Source: Paludibacteraceae bacterium
Lineage (GTDB): Bacteria > Bacillota_I > Bacilli_A > RFN20 > CAG-826
Direction: 5' to 3'
Assembly (NCBI GenBank): GCA_963621535.1
Contig: CAVFEQ010000005.1
Span: 3,800 to 67,799, forward strand
DNA length: 64,000 nt
The notes under the pieces are model-generated. The model did not search any database. It saw only the letters and a list, made by a program, of their open reading frames with translations, and was not told where the DNA came from. Every line of letters starts with the position of its first letter. Position 1 is the stretch's first letter. Positions 9,021 through 18,283 of this stretch are shown here, in pieces. Both the position numbers and the translations under genes were made by a program.

Positions 9021-10417
9021 AAAGTTACCCCTTTCTTGAAGAAGGCGATCTCGCGATTCCCTTCTTCTTTGGCGCGATATTCGCCGCTGGCTAATCTTAG
9101 CACTAGAGACAAAAGAGCGTCCGCTTCCATCGTCGAAGCGTCAAAATCAATCCAATTATTCTTCTTTTTAGCAAGTGCGGCATTGGAAGAGATCTTCAAA
9201 GTCGGCACCACAGAGCTAAAGGGCGTCCCTCTGCCCGTGGTGAAAAGAATGGCCTGGCAGCCAGAAGCCGCTAAAGCGGTCGCGGCGATCAAGTCGTTGC
9301 CCGGGCCATTCAAAACGGATAGCCCCTTCCTTTTCAAAGGCTCCGCATAATCCAGCACGTCAACGATCGGCGAGGAGCCGGCTTTAGCGACGCAGCCAAG
9401 CGACTTCTCCTCCAAAGTGGTGATGCCTCCTGCTTTGTTGCCAGGGCTAGGGTTCTCATAAACCGGAAAACCGAGATCCGTATAGTATTTTTTGAAGTTC
9501 GTAATGAGGGAGCGATATTTTTCATACACCTCTTCGGAGGCGCATTTATCCATGAGGATCTGCTCCGCCCCAAACATCTCCGGCACCTCGGTGAGGATCG
9601 CGCTGCCGCCACAAGAGACGATGGAATCAGAAACTTTCCCAACCAGCGGGTTGGCGGTGATTCCGCTAAAGGCATCGCTTCCCCCGCACTTGAGCCCGAT
9701 GACCAGCTCGCTGCAGTCGCACTCAACTCTTTTCAGCTCTTTCGCCTGATTGATGAACCCTTGCAGGATTTCCATCCCGCAAGAAATCTCATCTTCCTGC
9801 TCCTGACAATTGAAGAAAGCGATGTTGTCCCTTTGATAACCCTTCAGCCTTTCTTCGATTCCGGAGATGGAGTTATTCTCGCAGCCCAAGCCCACGAAAA
9901 GGACGAAGGTGGCGTTTGGGTTCAAAGCAAGGGAAGAGAGGAGCTTAGCGATGTTTTCCCCATCCTCGCCTAGCTGTGAGCAGCCGAATTGATGGGTGAG
10001 GGCAAAGACCCCATCGATGGAGCCTAGGTCAAGCTGATTAGCCCTTTTCTCGAGCTCTTTGCAGACCCCGTTGACGCAGCCGACGGTCGGAATAATGTAA
10101 ATATCGTTACGAATGCCCGCAAAACCCCCTTTTCTTGGATAACCTAGGAAGGTTCTGCGCTCTTTTGGAAGCCTCGTTAGCTTAGGACGATAAGAATAAA
10201 CGAAGTCTTCAGAAAGCCGGCTTTCGAGATTGTGGGAATGCACCCATTCACCTTTTTTGATGTCGCATTTCGCCCTGCCGATGGGGAAGCCGTATTTGAT
10301 GAGGCATTCGCCTTTCTTCACATCGGTCAACGCGATTTTGTGTCCGCAGGGGATAGCCTGCCCTTCCTCTAAGACCACAGCGACGTTGTCTTTGGGATTG
10401 ATGGAAAAACACTTCAT
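9017..10417 (-). CDS. uxaA: altronate dehydratase (UxaA family hydro-lyase)
   Basis: 466 aa. N-terminal SAF-like segment (NPKDNVAVVLEEGQAIPCGHKIALTDVKKGECLIKYGFPIG) is followed by a large Cys-containing catalytic part. Its stop overlaps the uxaC start (ATGA). Confidence 0.85.
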   Translation of the reverse strand: MKCFSINPKDNVAVVLEEGQAIPCGHKIALTDVKKGECLIKYGFPIGRAKCDIKKGEWVHSHNLESRLSEDFVYSYRPKLTRLPKERRTFLGYPRKGGFAGIRNDIYIIPTVGCVNGVCKELEKRANQLDLGSIDGVFALTHQFGCSQLGEDGENIAKLLSSLALNPNATFVLFVGLGCENNSISGIEERLKGYQRDNIAFFNCQEQEDEISCGMEILQGFINQAKELKRVECDCSELVIGLKCGGSDAFSGITANPLVGKVSDSIVSCGGSAILTEVPEMFGAEQILMDKCASEEVYEKYRSLITNFKKYYTDLGFPVYENPSPGNKAGGITTLEEKSLGCVAKAGSSPIVDVLDYAEPLKRKGLSVLNGPGNDLIAATALAASGCQAILFTTGRGTPFSSVVPTLKISSNAALAKKKNNWIDFDASTMEADALLSLVLRLASGEYRAKEEGNREIAFFKKGVTL

Positions 10418-10420
10418 CGC

Positions 10421-11794
10421 TTAAAGGACCTCTTTTCCGTTTTCGATGTCTTTCACTAAGGAAGCAACCTTCTCGAGCAAGCCAGGGATGGAGGTCAAAT
10501 CCATGCCCCAAGCAAGGTCGTCGGAAAGGAAATCCGCGATGGTTTTGCCGCTAGAAAAATAGCTCAGGTATCTTTCCTCGTCTTTCATTTCGATATCGCG
10601 TCCAGGGAGGTGGCAAATGTAGGACCCATTAATTTTCTCAATGTGGCGGTACATCGCGACTAAATAACTAAAACCAATCGTAAGCAAAGGAGGCAAAGCG
10701 CCGTTGTTATGGTAATAATCCAAATAAGAAGGCAAACATCTCGCGCGCCATTTCGAAACAGAATTCAGCGCGATGCTCGTAAGCTGATGATTGAGGAAAG
10801 GATTGAGGAAGCGCGAACGGACTTCCGAGGCGAAGCCCATCGTGGCCTCAACGTCCTCACTCACGTAAGGAACGATCTCCTCTTTTAGAGTCCTGTCCAC
10901 AAAAGCGCCGAGCCTTTCGTCCTTCATCACCTCGTAGACGGTCTTCTTGCCTTGCCAAAGGGAAATCGGGACAAGATTCGTGTGGCTGCCGTTAAGAACC
11001 CTGACTTTCCTTTTCTTATAATAGGCGATGTCCTTAGTCAAAACGACGTCGATGTTGTGATGCCCTTCGCGGATAAGAGAGGAAATCTCCCCTTTGTCCT
11101 CGATGGCCCATAAGCCGAAAGGCTCACCGAGAGAAAGAAGCTGGTCCTCTTCTCCGATAAGGTCCCAAAGATGATGTTTGGTCTTTTCTTCGCGCGGGAA
11201 CCCCGAGACGATGCGGTCCACCAAGGTATTGCAATAAAAGTTTTCCTTCTCGTTCCATTGCCTGAACTCTTCCCCTAATCCCCAAAGGGAGATATAGGCA
11301 TCCACGCAGCGATGAAGCTCGTCCCCGTTGTTATTAATGAGCTCTACCGGCAGCAAATAAAGACCAGGCAGGCCGGCTTCAAAACGCTTATAAAGCCATT
11401 TGGTGAGCTTCGCTGGATAAGAAATCTCCGCAAAACCATCCTTTTTATCCTTTTCTTGGAAGCAAATCCCCGCTTCGGTTGTATTGGAAACTAGGAGCTT
11501 AACCTCCGGGTCTAGAGCCAAGCGGTAAAAAGCGTCTTGATCAGAGAAAGGGTTGATGGTCTCTTTCACTGAAGAGATTTCAAAAACCTTTTCCACCTCT
11601 TCCCCTTCCGCTAAGCCGCGCAGGACGATGTGATAACGGTTGTTTTGCTTAACGAACTGGTCCAACGAGCCATAAGGGATGGGTTTAACGATCGCGACCT
11701 CATATGGCCCTTCTCCTTCTTTGTTCAGCGCGTCGAAATAGGCGTCGACGAACGTCCTTAGGAAATTGCCTTCCCCGAATTGGATGATTTTCAT
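10421..11794 (-). CDS. uxaB: tagaturonate reductase (altronate oxidoreductase)
   Basis: 457 aa from the ATG at 11794, which has a GGAGG SD. The track start at 11812 is a TTG. N-terminus MKIIQFGEGNFLRTFVD is typical of UxaB/mannitol-dehydrogenase-family enzymes. Confidence 0.8.
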   Translation of the reverse strand: MKIIQFGEGNFLRTFVDAYFDALNKEGEGPYEVAIVKPIPYGSLDQFVKQNNRYHIVLRGLAEGEEVEKVFEISSVKETINPFSDQDAFYRLALDPEVKLLVSNTTEAGICFQEKDKKDGFAEISYPAKLTKWLYKRFEAGLPGLYLLPVELINNNGDELHRCVDAYISLWGLGEEFRQWNEKENFYCNTLVDRIVSGFPREEKTKHHLWDLIGEEDQLLSLGEPFGLWAIEDKGEISSLIREGHHNIDVVLTKDIAYYKKRKVRVLNGSHTNLVPISLWQGKKTVYEVMKDERLGAFVDRTLKEEIVPYVSEDVEATMGFASEVRSRFLNPFLNHQLTSIALNSVSKWRARCLPSYLDYYHNNGALPPLLTIGFSYLVAMYRHIEKINGSYICHLPGRDIEMKDEERYLSYFSSGKTIADFLSDDLAWGMDLTSIPGLLEKVASLVKDIENGKEVL

Positions 11795-11868
11795 AAGCCG
11801 CCTCCTAGGCAAAATTAATATACCTTTTTTCCTCTTTTCCTAATGATGAAACGCCTAAAGTCGCTTTT

Positions 11869-11937
11869 TCGATAGTTTTTTACAATTTATCGATACGCCA
11901 AATCCATCCTTATTTTTTAGAGTTAAGCCAATCGATA
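11869..11937. promoter_or_regulatory. three phased TCGATA/ATCGAT motifs in the divergent uxaB / lipoprotein promoter region (candidate operator)
   Basis: TCGATA occurs at 11869-11874, 11890-11895 and 11932-11937, with spacings of 21 and 42 bp. The last copy abuts the AAGGAG SD of the 11950 gene. Confidence 0.25.
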
Positions 11938-11949
11938 AGGAGAGCCCCC

Positions 11950-13299
11950 ATGAAGAAAGACCGCATCCTTTTCTTGGCTTTGCCGCTAGCTTCCTTTGCC
12001 CTTTCCTCTTGCGCAGGCTCTTCAGAGGAGGAATACCACGTTGTCTCAGGGGCACCTGATTTCTCCGCGAAAAGAAGCAGCAACATCCTCCGCATCGGCG
12101 CCTGGGAGGGGCCTCCGCCAGCGAACTACGAAGGCAAGGGCAACCCGGATTTCATCACCGAGGAACGTTACCAAGAAATCGCCGAAAGCGGGATAAACCT
12201 GATATACGGCCTCCATGAAAACGCCGACCAGGCCTCAATCAAAAAAGCATTGCAATGCTGCGAAAAAGCAGGCATTTCCTATCTTGCAAGTGATAACCTC
12301 ACCAGTTCTTTCTACGCGGGCTCAAGCATGCATGAGTTCACCAAAGACTACGATTCCAGCCCCGCGCTGAAAGGCTTTTTCATCACCGACGAGCCGCCCG
12401 CGAAATGGTTTTCTGATTTGGGCAAGATGAAAAAGGCCTTTGAGAAGGAATACCCTGGGAAGGAATTCTATCTGAATCTCTACCCTACTTACGCCAAAGC
12501 GGATCAGCTAGGAACTTCAACCTACGAGGAATACCTTGACTCCTATCTGAAGGAGCTACAGCCGAATTTCCTAAGCTTCGACCATTATTCCTTAAAGACC
12601 TCCGGGGATCGCCCCTTTATGACAACGGATGTTCTCTACAATCTCGAACTCGCCCAAGAGAAGTGCCAAGAATACGGCATCCCCATGTACGCCTTCGTCG
12701 CATCGATGAGCGGGATGGATACCTTCCGCTCGCCAAAGGAATCCGAGATCTCCCATCAAGTCATGACTGAGCTTGCCTATGGCTCGCGTTCCATCCAATA
12801 CTTCTGCTACTGGACCCCTTTAAGCTATGAGGAGCTCGGGGTAAACGCCATGATCAGCGCAAGCGGGGAACGCACACCGTTATACGAGGAAGTCAAAAAC
12901 GTGAACAAGACCCTTTTGAATCTCGATGAGGCATATCTAGATTTCTCCTATCAGGGTACCTTGCCCATCCAAGGAAGCGAAGAAGAGGATTATCCTTTGC
13001 AGTATACGATGCTCGATGACCCCCTAGAAGAAATCGAAGGCATAAAAGAAATCGCAGCAAGCGAGAACACCCTGATTGGCGCCTTCAAAAACGCGGAAGG
13101 GAGAGACGGCTACCTCATCTCCAATTTCTCCGATCCCGCATACGAGAAGAAAGACGAGATCGCCCTGACCCTAAAAGGGGCAAACGCCGCCTTGCTTTAC
13201 CGCGGGGAGAAAAAAGAAGAAATCGCTCTTCAATCCTCCCGTTTCACGATAACGCTTAACGAAGGAGAGGGCATTTTCCTCATCCCTTACAAAAATTAA
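11950..13299 (+). CDS. lipoprotein, unassigned TIM-barrel-like glycosidase-like family ('DEP-motif' paralogue 1)
   Basis: 449 aa with an AAGGAG SD. Signal plus lipobox MKKDRILFLALPLASFALSSC. It shares the blocks FFITDEP, LNLYPTY and FDHYSL with the ORFs at 18284 and 22164. Confidence 0.6.
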   Translation: MKKDRILFLALPLASFALSSCAGSSEEEYHVVSGAPDFSAKRSSNILRIGAWEGPPPANYEGKGNPDFITEERYQEIAESGINLIYGLHENADQASIKKALQCCEKAGISYLASDNLTSSFYAGSSMHEFTKDYDSSPALKGFFITDEPPAKWFSDLGKMKKAFEKEYPGKEFYLNLYPTYAKADQLGTSTYEEYLDSYLKELQPNFLSFDHYSLKTSGDRPFMTTDVLYNLELAQEKCQEYGIPMYAFVASMSGMDTFRSPKESEISHQVMTELAYGSRSIQYFCYWTPLSYEELGVNAMISASGERTPLYEEVKNVNKTLLNLDEAYLDFSYQGTLPIQGSEEEDYPLQYTMLDDPLEEIEGIKEIAASENTLIGAFKNAEGRDGYLISNFSDPAYEKKDEIALTLKGANAALLYRGEKKEEIALQSSRFTITLNEGEGIFLIPYKN

Positions 13300-13335
13300 G
13301 CCTCATTCACTCACGTCAGCCACAAGTCAAAAATA

Positions 13336-13362
13336 AAAACATCCGCCACAAACGGATTTTTC
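13336..13362 (+). terminator. weak intrinsic terminator candidate
   Basis: ATCCG-ccacaaa-CGGAT followed by TTTTT. The stem is short. Confidence 0.35.
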
Positions 13363-13547
13363 CGGTATTTCCCAACCTAAAAGATTAAAAGCACAAAATA
13401 CGTCTTTAAAACTAACTTTCTATATTTTTGTTCTATTTTTTGATATTTGTAAGCCCTTTTACGCACTAGAGTATTTGTATAAGCAAGGCGAGGCTAAAGC
13501 GCGAGGCGCCAGGCTCCGCCAAAAGGGGATTCCCTGGAGGAAAAAAT

Positions 13548-15125
13548 ATGAAAAAGTCAACGAAGATTCTCATCCTGTGCCTAGCCGCCTCTTCCCTCGG
13601 CGCCTGCTCTGGCGGGGGAAGCGACGTCAATAGCGACGGCGTCCCCGCGACCACCATCAACATCAAAGTCTATAAAGGCGGCCACGGCACGACCTGGCTT
13701 TACACTCTCAAAGAGAAATTCGAGGCGGTCTATGCGAAAGAGAACTACAAGGTGAACATCATCACCCCGAGCAACACCCTCGAAGGCGCTAGCGCCCTCG
13801 CGGATATGCGCATCGGATATAAGAAGACCAACGTCGACCTTTATCTCGTCTCGGCCTGCCGGGCCAGCGAAACCCAGGATAAGCAATACGATGCCTGCAT
13901 CGAATCCTTAGACGATGTCTACTCCTCTCATCCGATCGCTTTCGACGGGAGCGAAGAAAGCAAGCTCATCAAAGACAAACTCGACCCAACCTACGATCAC
14001 GCGGTCAAATACGACGGCACCTATTACGGCGTCCTTTGGTCCTCCTCCCCTTGCGGCATGGTCGCCAACACCAAAGTCCTCGCGGATTACAAACTTTCTC
14101 TCCCCCGCACGACCGACGAGCTCTTCGCTTGCTTCGACACCATCTACGCGAAAACCTCCCAAACCGGTGTCTACCCCTTCTCCTGGGGCGGATACAACTC
14201 CTCGGGCTATTCCCTTTTCGCCGTCTATCCCTGGCTCGCCCAGATCCTTGGCAAAGAGGGCTACACCCAGTTCATGACCCTGCAGAAGGATCAAAACGAA
14301 ATCACCCAAGATGACATCGACACGGGCTATACCTGGTATCAGAAAGACGAGATATACACCCCGCTTTCCCTGATCGATAAGCTCTATAACGTCGACACCT
14401 CCACTGCCAACAGCGAGAACGAGACCCACGCCAAATCCCATTATAACGTCGTCACCGGCAAAGCCGCCTTCACTTGCGACGGGGAGTTCTTCTTCAACGA
14501 AGTCAAGGCCAACTACCAGAAATATCTCAACGACATCACCTTCATCAACACCCCCGTCAGCTCGAGTTTGGGGACTGCGCTAGGGATAAGCGATGAGCAG
14601 CTCTCGACCATCATCGGTCTCTACGACGAGGATAAAACGGTCGAAGAAGCAGTCAGCGCCACCTCGCTCAGCCAAGAGATCGTCGAAAGGGTCTATGAGG
14701 CTAGAGGCGCCCATTTCGAGAAAGCCTACGCCAACGCCTACCTCACCAAAGGCTCCACGAAAGCCTCAGTCGCCAAACTCTTCCTGCGCATGCTCTGCAG
14801 CAACGATTTTGGGAAGGTCTTCAACGAAACCGCCTATGGGGCCTCGGTCTACGCCGACAGTAACACCATCGAAAGCGAATACCCCTTCGTGAACGGGGTA
14901 AGCAAAGTCATCAACGGGCAAAGCGCCTGGATGGTCAATAACGCCAGGAACGTCGGGCTGCGCTTCAACGCCAACATCCAGACCTACGTCCAATATGGCG
15001 ACACCATCGTGAAAAACATCGTCGCCAAAGGCTCTTCCGAAGTCATCAGCGACATCAAGACCAACATGACCTCAGAATATTGGGCGAAGACCCTCAAAAC
15101 CGCGGGATATGACGTTAGCAAATAA
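13548..15125 (+). CDS. sugar ABC transporter solute-binding lipoprotein (large LplA-type)
   Basis: 525 aa with a GGAGG SD. Lipobox MKKSTKILILCLAASSLGAC. Its size and its position before two MalF/MalG-type permeases match LplABC-type oligosaccharide importers. Confidence 0.8.
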   Translation: MKKSTKILILCLAASSLGACSGGGSDVNSDGVPATTINIKVYKGGHGTTWLYTLKEKFEAVYAKENYKVNIITPSNTLEGASALADMRIGYKKTNVDLYLVSACRASETQDKQYDACIESLDDVYSSHPIAFDGSEESKLIKDKLDPTYDHAVKYDGTYYGVLWSSSPCGMVANTKVLADYKLSLPRTTDELFACFDTIYAKTSQTGVYPFSWGGYNSSGYSLFAVYPWLAQILGKEGYTQFMTLQKDQNEITQDDIDTGYTWYQKDEIYTPLSLIDKLYNVDTSTANSENETHAKSHYNVVTGKAAFTCDGEFFFNEVKANYQKYLNDITFINTPVSSSLGTALGISDEQLSTIIGLYDEDKTVEEAVSATSLSQEIVERVYEARGAHFEKAYANAYLTKGSTKASVAKLFLRMLCSNDFGKVFNETAYGASVYADSNTIESEYPFVNGVSKVINGQSAWMVNNARNVGLRFNANIQTYVQYGDTIVKNIVAKGSSEVISDIKTNMTSEYWAKTLKTAGYDVSK

Positions 15126-16077
15126 CCTCAAAAGGCATTACAAGCTAGCCTATTCCATGGAAGACCGCCAGGCCTTCCCCTTCTGCTACTTAATGCTTTT
15201 GATCCCGGTGGCGCAGTTCATCGTCTTCTGGGTGGTCGTCAACATCAACTCCATCATCTACGCCTTCACCGATTCCTTCGGCGCGTTCACGCTAGAGAAC
15301 TTCCAGAACGTCTTCATCGCCTTCGTGAAAGAGGATTCCCACGGCTGGGTGCTTGGGGAGATCCTAGGCAAGACCGTTCTCTACTGGTTCATCGTCAACA
15401 TCGTCTGCACCCCGCTCATCACCCTGTCCACCTATATCCTTTATAAAAGGATTCCAGGCCATAACTTCTTCCGCATCGTCTTCGCGATACCCGCGATCCT
15501 TGGCTCGGTGGTCTGGACGAGACTAGTCTCAATTCTCGTCGGCGGAGGAGAGATGGGCGGCCCCATCATCTCCCTTCTCATGCACATGGGCATCGACATC
15601 CCTAAAGACATCATGCGCAGCGGCTTCTTTTCTAGCGACAGCACCGCCTACATCACGATCGTCCTCGTCAACACGATCCCCCATCTCATCGCCTGCGACA
15701 TCGCCCTCACTGGCGCCTACACCCGCATCCCGAAAGACCTCGTCGAGGCCGCTCATCTTGATGGGGTGGGTTTCTTCGGGGAATTCCTCCATGTGGCCAT
15801 CCCTACGGCCTGGCCGACGCTAGTCATCAGCCTCGTCAGCGGCTTATCGACGATCTTCACCGCGGACGGATGCGTCTTCCTCTACACCATGGGCGAGCAC
15901 AAAACCGCGACCATGGGCTTCTACCTCTACTATTGGGTCTACAACATCTCCTCAAGCCCGAACATGTCCAACCAATACGGTTTCCCAGCGGCTTTGGGCT
16001 TGCTGCTGACCTTGATGACCATGCCCATCATCCTTTTGGCGAAGCGCTTCTTAGAAAAGGCGGTGACTGAAAAATGA
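15109..16077 (+). CDS. carbohydrate ABC transporter permease (MalF/LplB-like)
   Basis: 322 aa, multi-TM, with an EAA-loop-like region (VEAAHLDGVGFFGEFLHVAIP). Confidence 0.8.
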   Translation: MTLANNLKRHYKLAYSMEDRQAFPFCYLMLLIPVAQFIVFWVVVNINSIIYAFTDSFGAFTLENFQNVFIAFVKEDSHGWVLGEILGKTVLYWFIVNIVCTPLITLSTYILYKRIPGHNFFRIVFAIPAILGSVVWTRLVSILVGGGEMGGPIISLLMHMGIDIPKDIMRSGFFSSDSTAYITIVLVNTIPHLIACDIALTGAYTRIPKDLVEAAHLDGVGFFGEFLHVAIPTAWPTLVISLVSGLSTIFTADGCVFLYTMGEHKTATMGFYLYYWVYNISSSPNMSNQYGFPAALGLLLTLMTMPIILLAKRFLEKAVTEK

Positions 16078-16994
16078 ACTATTCCCGCAGCCAGAAGATG
16101 AAGCCGAGCTTCGGCGAGATGATCTACTCTAAATTCTCCCGACGCACCAAAAGCGAGAACATCGTCTTCACCGTCTACTTCATCCTCTTCATTCTCTTCG
16201 CCGCTTTCTCGATTTTCCCTCTCTTCTATTGCTTCATGAACTCCATGAAGACCCTAGATGAGCTCTACGGCTCAGACCCCCTCTCTTTCCCCAGCCAATT
16301 CAAGCTCGATCAGTTCGCCCAGGCCATCAAGGAATTTGAGGTCGACGGGGTCGGCTTCTGGGAGATGCTATGGAACTCCTGCTGGCAATGCTTCGGCTCC
16401 AGCGCCCTTAATATCCTAGCCTCGCTTCTGGTCGCCTATCCCTTGGCCCGCTACAAATTCCCGGGGAACAAAATCATCTACTTCATCATCATTTTCCGCA
16501 TCACCATCCCGATCATCGGCACCGCCCCGGCCCAATATCGTCTGTTCAAGACCTTCGACATGCTCGATAACCCGAGCCTGTTCTGGATGGCCTGGCTCTC
16601 CGGCTTCGACATGAGCGCGCTGATCTTCTATAGCTATCTGAAGAACATCGACAAGTCTTACAGCGAAGCCGCCTATCTCGACGGGGCGAACCGCCTGCAA
16701 GTCATGTTCCGGGTCATCTTGCCCCAGATCCTGCCTTGCATCATCGCCCTCTACACCACGCAGGTGCTCGCGACCTGGAACAACTACCAGACCCCGATGC
16801 TCTACATGCGTTCCTACCCCAACCTGGCCTATGGCCTATACAAATTCGAATCCATTGTTTCCAACAGCGCGGATATGTCCATGTCGACCTATTACGCTTC
16901 CGTTTGCCTTGCGGCCATCCCGCCGATGATCCTTTATGCGATCGGGCAAAGGAAGATGTTGGAAAACGTTTCTGCAGGAGGCATCAAAGGATGA
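16074..16994 (+). CDS. carbohydrate ABC transporter permease (MalG/LplC-like)
   Basis: 306 aa, multi-TM, with an EAA-loop-like region (SEAAYLDGANRLQVMFRVILPQ). It overlaps the previous gene by 4 nt. Confidence 0.8.
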   Translation: MNYSRSQKMKPSFGEMIYSKFSRRTKSENIVFTVYFILFILFAAFSIFPLFYCFMNSMKTLDELYGSDPLSFPSQFKLDQFAQAIKEFEVDGVGFWEMLWNSCWQCFGSSALNILASLLVAYPLARYKFPGNKIIYFIIIFRITIPIIGTAPAQYRLFKTFDMLDNPSLFWMAWLSGFDMSALIFYSYLKNIDKSYSEAAYLDGANRLQVMFRVILPQILPCIIALYTTQVLATWNNYQTPMLYMRSYPNLAYGLYKFESIVSNSADMSMSTYYASVCLAAIPPMILYAIGQRKMLENVSAGGIKG

Positions 16995-18280
16995 AAGCCA
17001 AAAATCTGTTTCTCACTTCAGCCCTGCTTTTAGCGAGCCTGCTTCCAGGCTGCTCGAGCCAAGACCCTTCGCAAACCTCTCTTGGGGTGAGCTATATCGG
17101 GGAAGACCCCTCAAGCCTAAGCGTGGCCATCGAAGACATGGCCGACTTCAACGCTTATTTCTCCATTCCTAACGGAGTAAGCGCCAGTATCGAAATCACC
17201 ACCCCAAGCGGAAATAGACTCACCACCACCTCGCTTTATTACCAATTCGATGAGGTCGGCAGCTACACATTTGTCTTCACCTTCGAAGGGGCTAACGGAG
17301 TGAAGGAAAGCTACACCCTCAACATCGAATCGCTTCCCCCTGCCCCTGACGTAACCCCGGCCACCAACGGGGTGAGCGTCAAAGTCGGGGCGAGTTTGAC
17401 TTTCGAGGAGATTTACAATCGCAGCGGCATCATCGCCCTCCCTCTTGCCTACACGACCATCGATTTCGAATCCGTGACCTATGGCAACGAGACGATCTCC
17501 GTCGACTCCTATTCCGTCGACGAGAAAACCACGAAGATCGAAGAGGGGACGACCTCCTACACCTTCTCTGATCCCGGCACTTACACCTTTAACCTCAACA
17601 TCCATAACGCCGCAGGATATGAGCTGACCACCATCAACGTCACCGCCACCGATTCTGACGGGGCGAGCTGGGGAGAGGGGATCACCAGCAAAAGCGCCTA
17701 CGCAGGGGACAAAGACAACTGCGTCAAGCTCCTTTCAGGCTCTTCCTCATCTTCCTTGTCTTATATCGGTTACGAAGAAGACCTCTCCTTAGCCAAAGAC
17801 ACCTTCTACACCGTCTCCACCCGCTTCCGGGGCAAAAACGCCCCGCAGATCATGCTGCTGGCGGATTCTGCCGATGGGGAAGTAGGCTCCGGACACGGGC
17901 TAGTCTGCTCTTTGGAGCAAATGGCCCCTTATGATGGCATGCGCATTTACGGGCCCGACCGCCTGCGCTTTTCTACCCCCATCGCCTATCGCTCGGGAAC
18001 CTTCGGCAGGGATGATTTAAGCAGCAAGTCGATCTACGACTGGAACGTGGTCATCACCAAGCTCTCCGAGACCAAGCTCGGCGTCCGCAGCTACCTCTAC
18101 GAGGAAAAGGAAGAGGGGAAAGAACTCGTCGGCTTCTTCGACTGGATGTCTTTCGCCTACGCCCACGAGATGAAGGGCAAAACCGTTTTCCTCGGCTCGA
18201 GCCAATTCGGGAACGTCATCTTCGAATTCGAAAAGCCCTACCTTTCCGACAAAGCCGGGAATAGGGCCGTGGAGGAATAA
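16991..18280 (+). CDS. lipoprotein, unknown function; Ig/PKD-like N-terminal modules plus a beta-sandwich-like C-terminal part
   Basis: 429 aa from the ATG at 16991, which overlaps the permease stop (ATGA). The track ORF's upstream 85 aa lie inside the permease gene. Lipobox MKAKNLFLTSALLLASLLPGC. PKD-like strands GSYTFVFTFEGANG and PGTYTFNLNIHNAAGYE. Confidence 0.7.
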   Translation: MKAKNLFLTSALLLASLLPGCSSQDPSQTSLGVSYIGEDPSSLSVAIEDMADFNAYFSIPNGVSASIEITTPSGNRLTTTSLYYQFDEVGSYTFVFTFEGANGVKESYTLNIESLPPAPDVTPATNGVSVKVGASLTFEEIYNRSGIIALPLAYTTIDFESVTYGNETISVDSYSVDEKTTKIEEGTTSYTFSDPGTYTFNLNIHNAAGYELTTINVTATDSDGASWGEGITSKSAYAGDKDNCVKLLSGSSSSSLSYIGYEEDLSLAKDTFYTVSTRFRGKNAPQIMLLADSADGEVGSGHGLVCSLEQMAPYDGMRIYGPDRLRFSTPIAYRSGTFGRDDLSSKSIYDWNVVITKLSETKLGVRSYLYEEKEEGKELVGFFDWMSFAYAHEMKGKTVFLGSSQFGNVIFEFEKPYLSDKAGNRAVEE

Positions 18281-18283
18281 GCC

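Noticed and set aside
13908-14441. 177-aa minus-strand ORF inside the solute-binding protein gene. The same applies to other long antisense or out-of-frame ORFs: 3985-4518, 20878-21420, 34635-35180, 39438-40013, 44871-45491, 47850-48395, 48815-49396, 57657-58262 and 59378-60262.
   Set aside because: Each lies entirely within a longer ORF on the opposite strand or in another frame, and that longer ORF has clear family motifs or a lipoprotein signal. The translations are Gly/Arg/Val/Asp-rich low-complexity, typical of shadow ORFs. No SD-plus-ATG arrangement is present.
16736-16990. Upstream 85-aa extension of the 16736-18280 track ORF.
   Set aside because: The extension lies inside the MalG-like permease gene in another frame. 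The lipoprotein signal peptide begins exactly at the ATG at 16991, which overlaps the permease stop.
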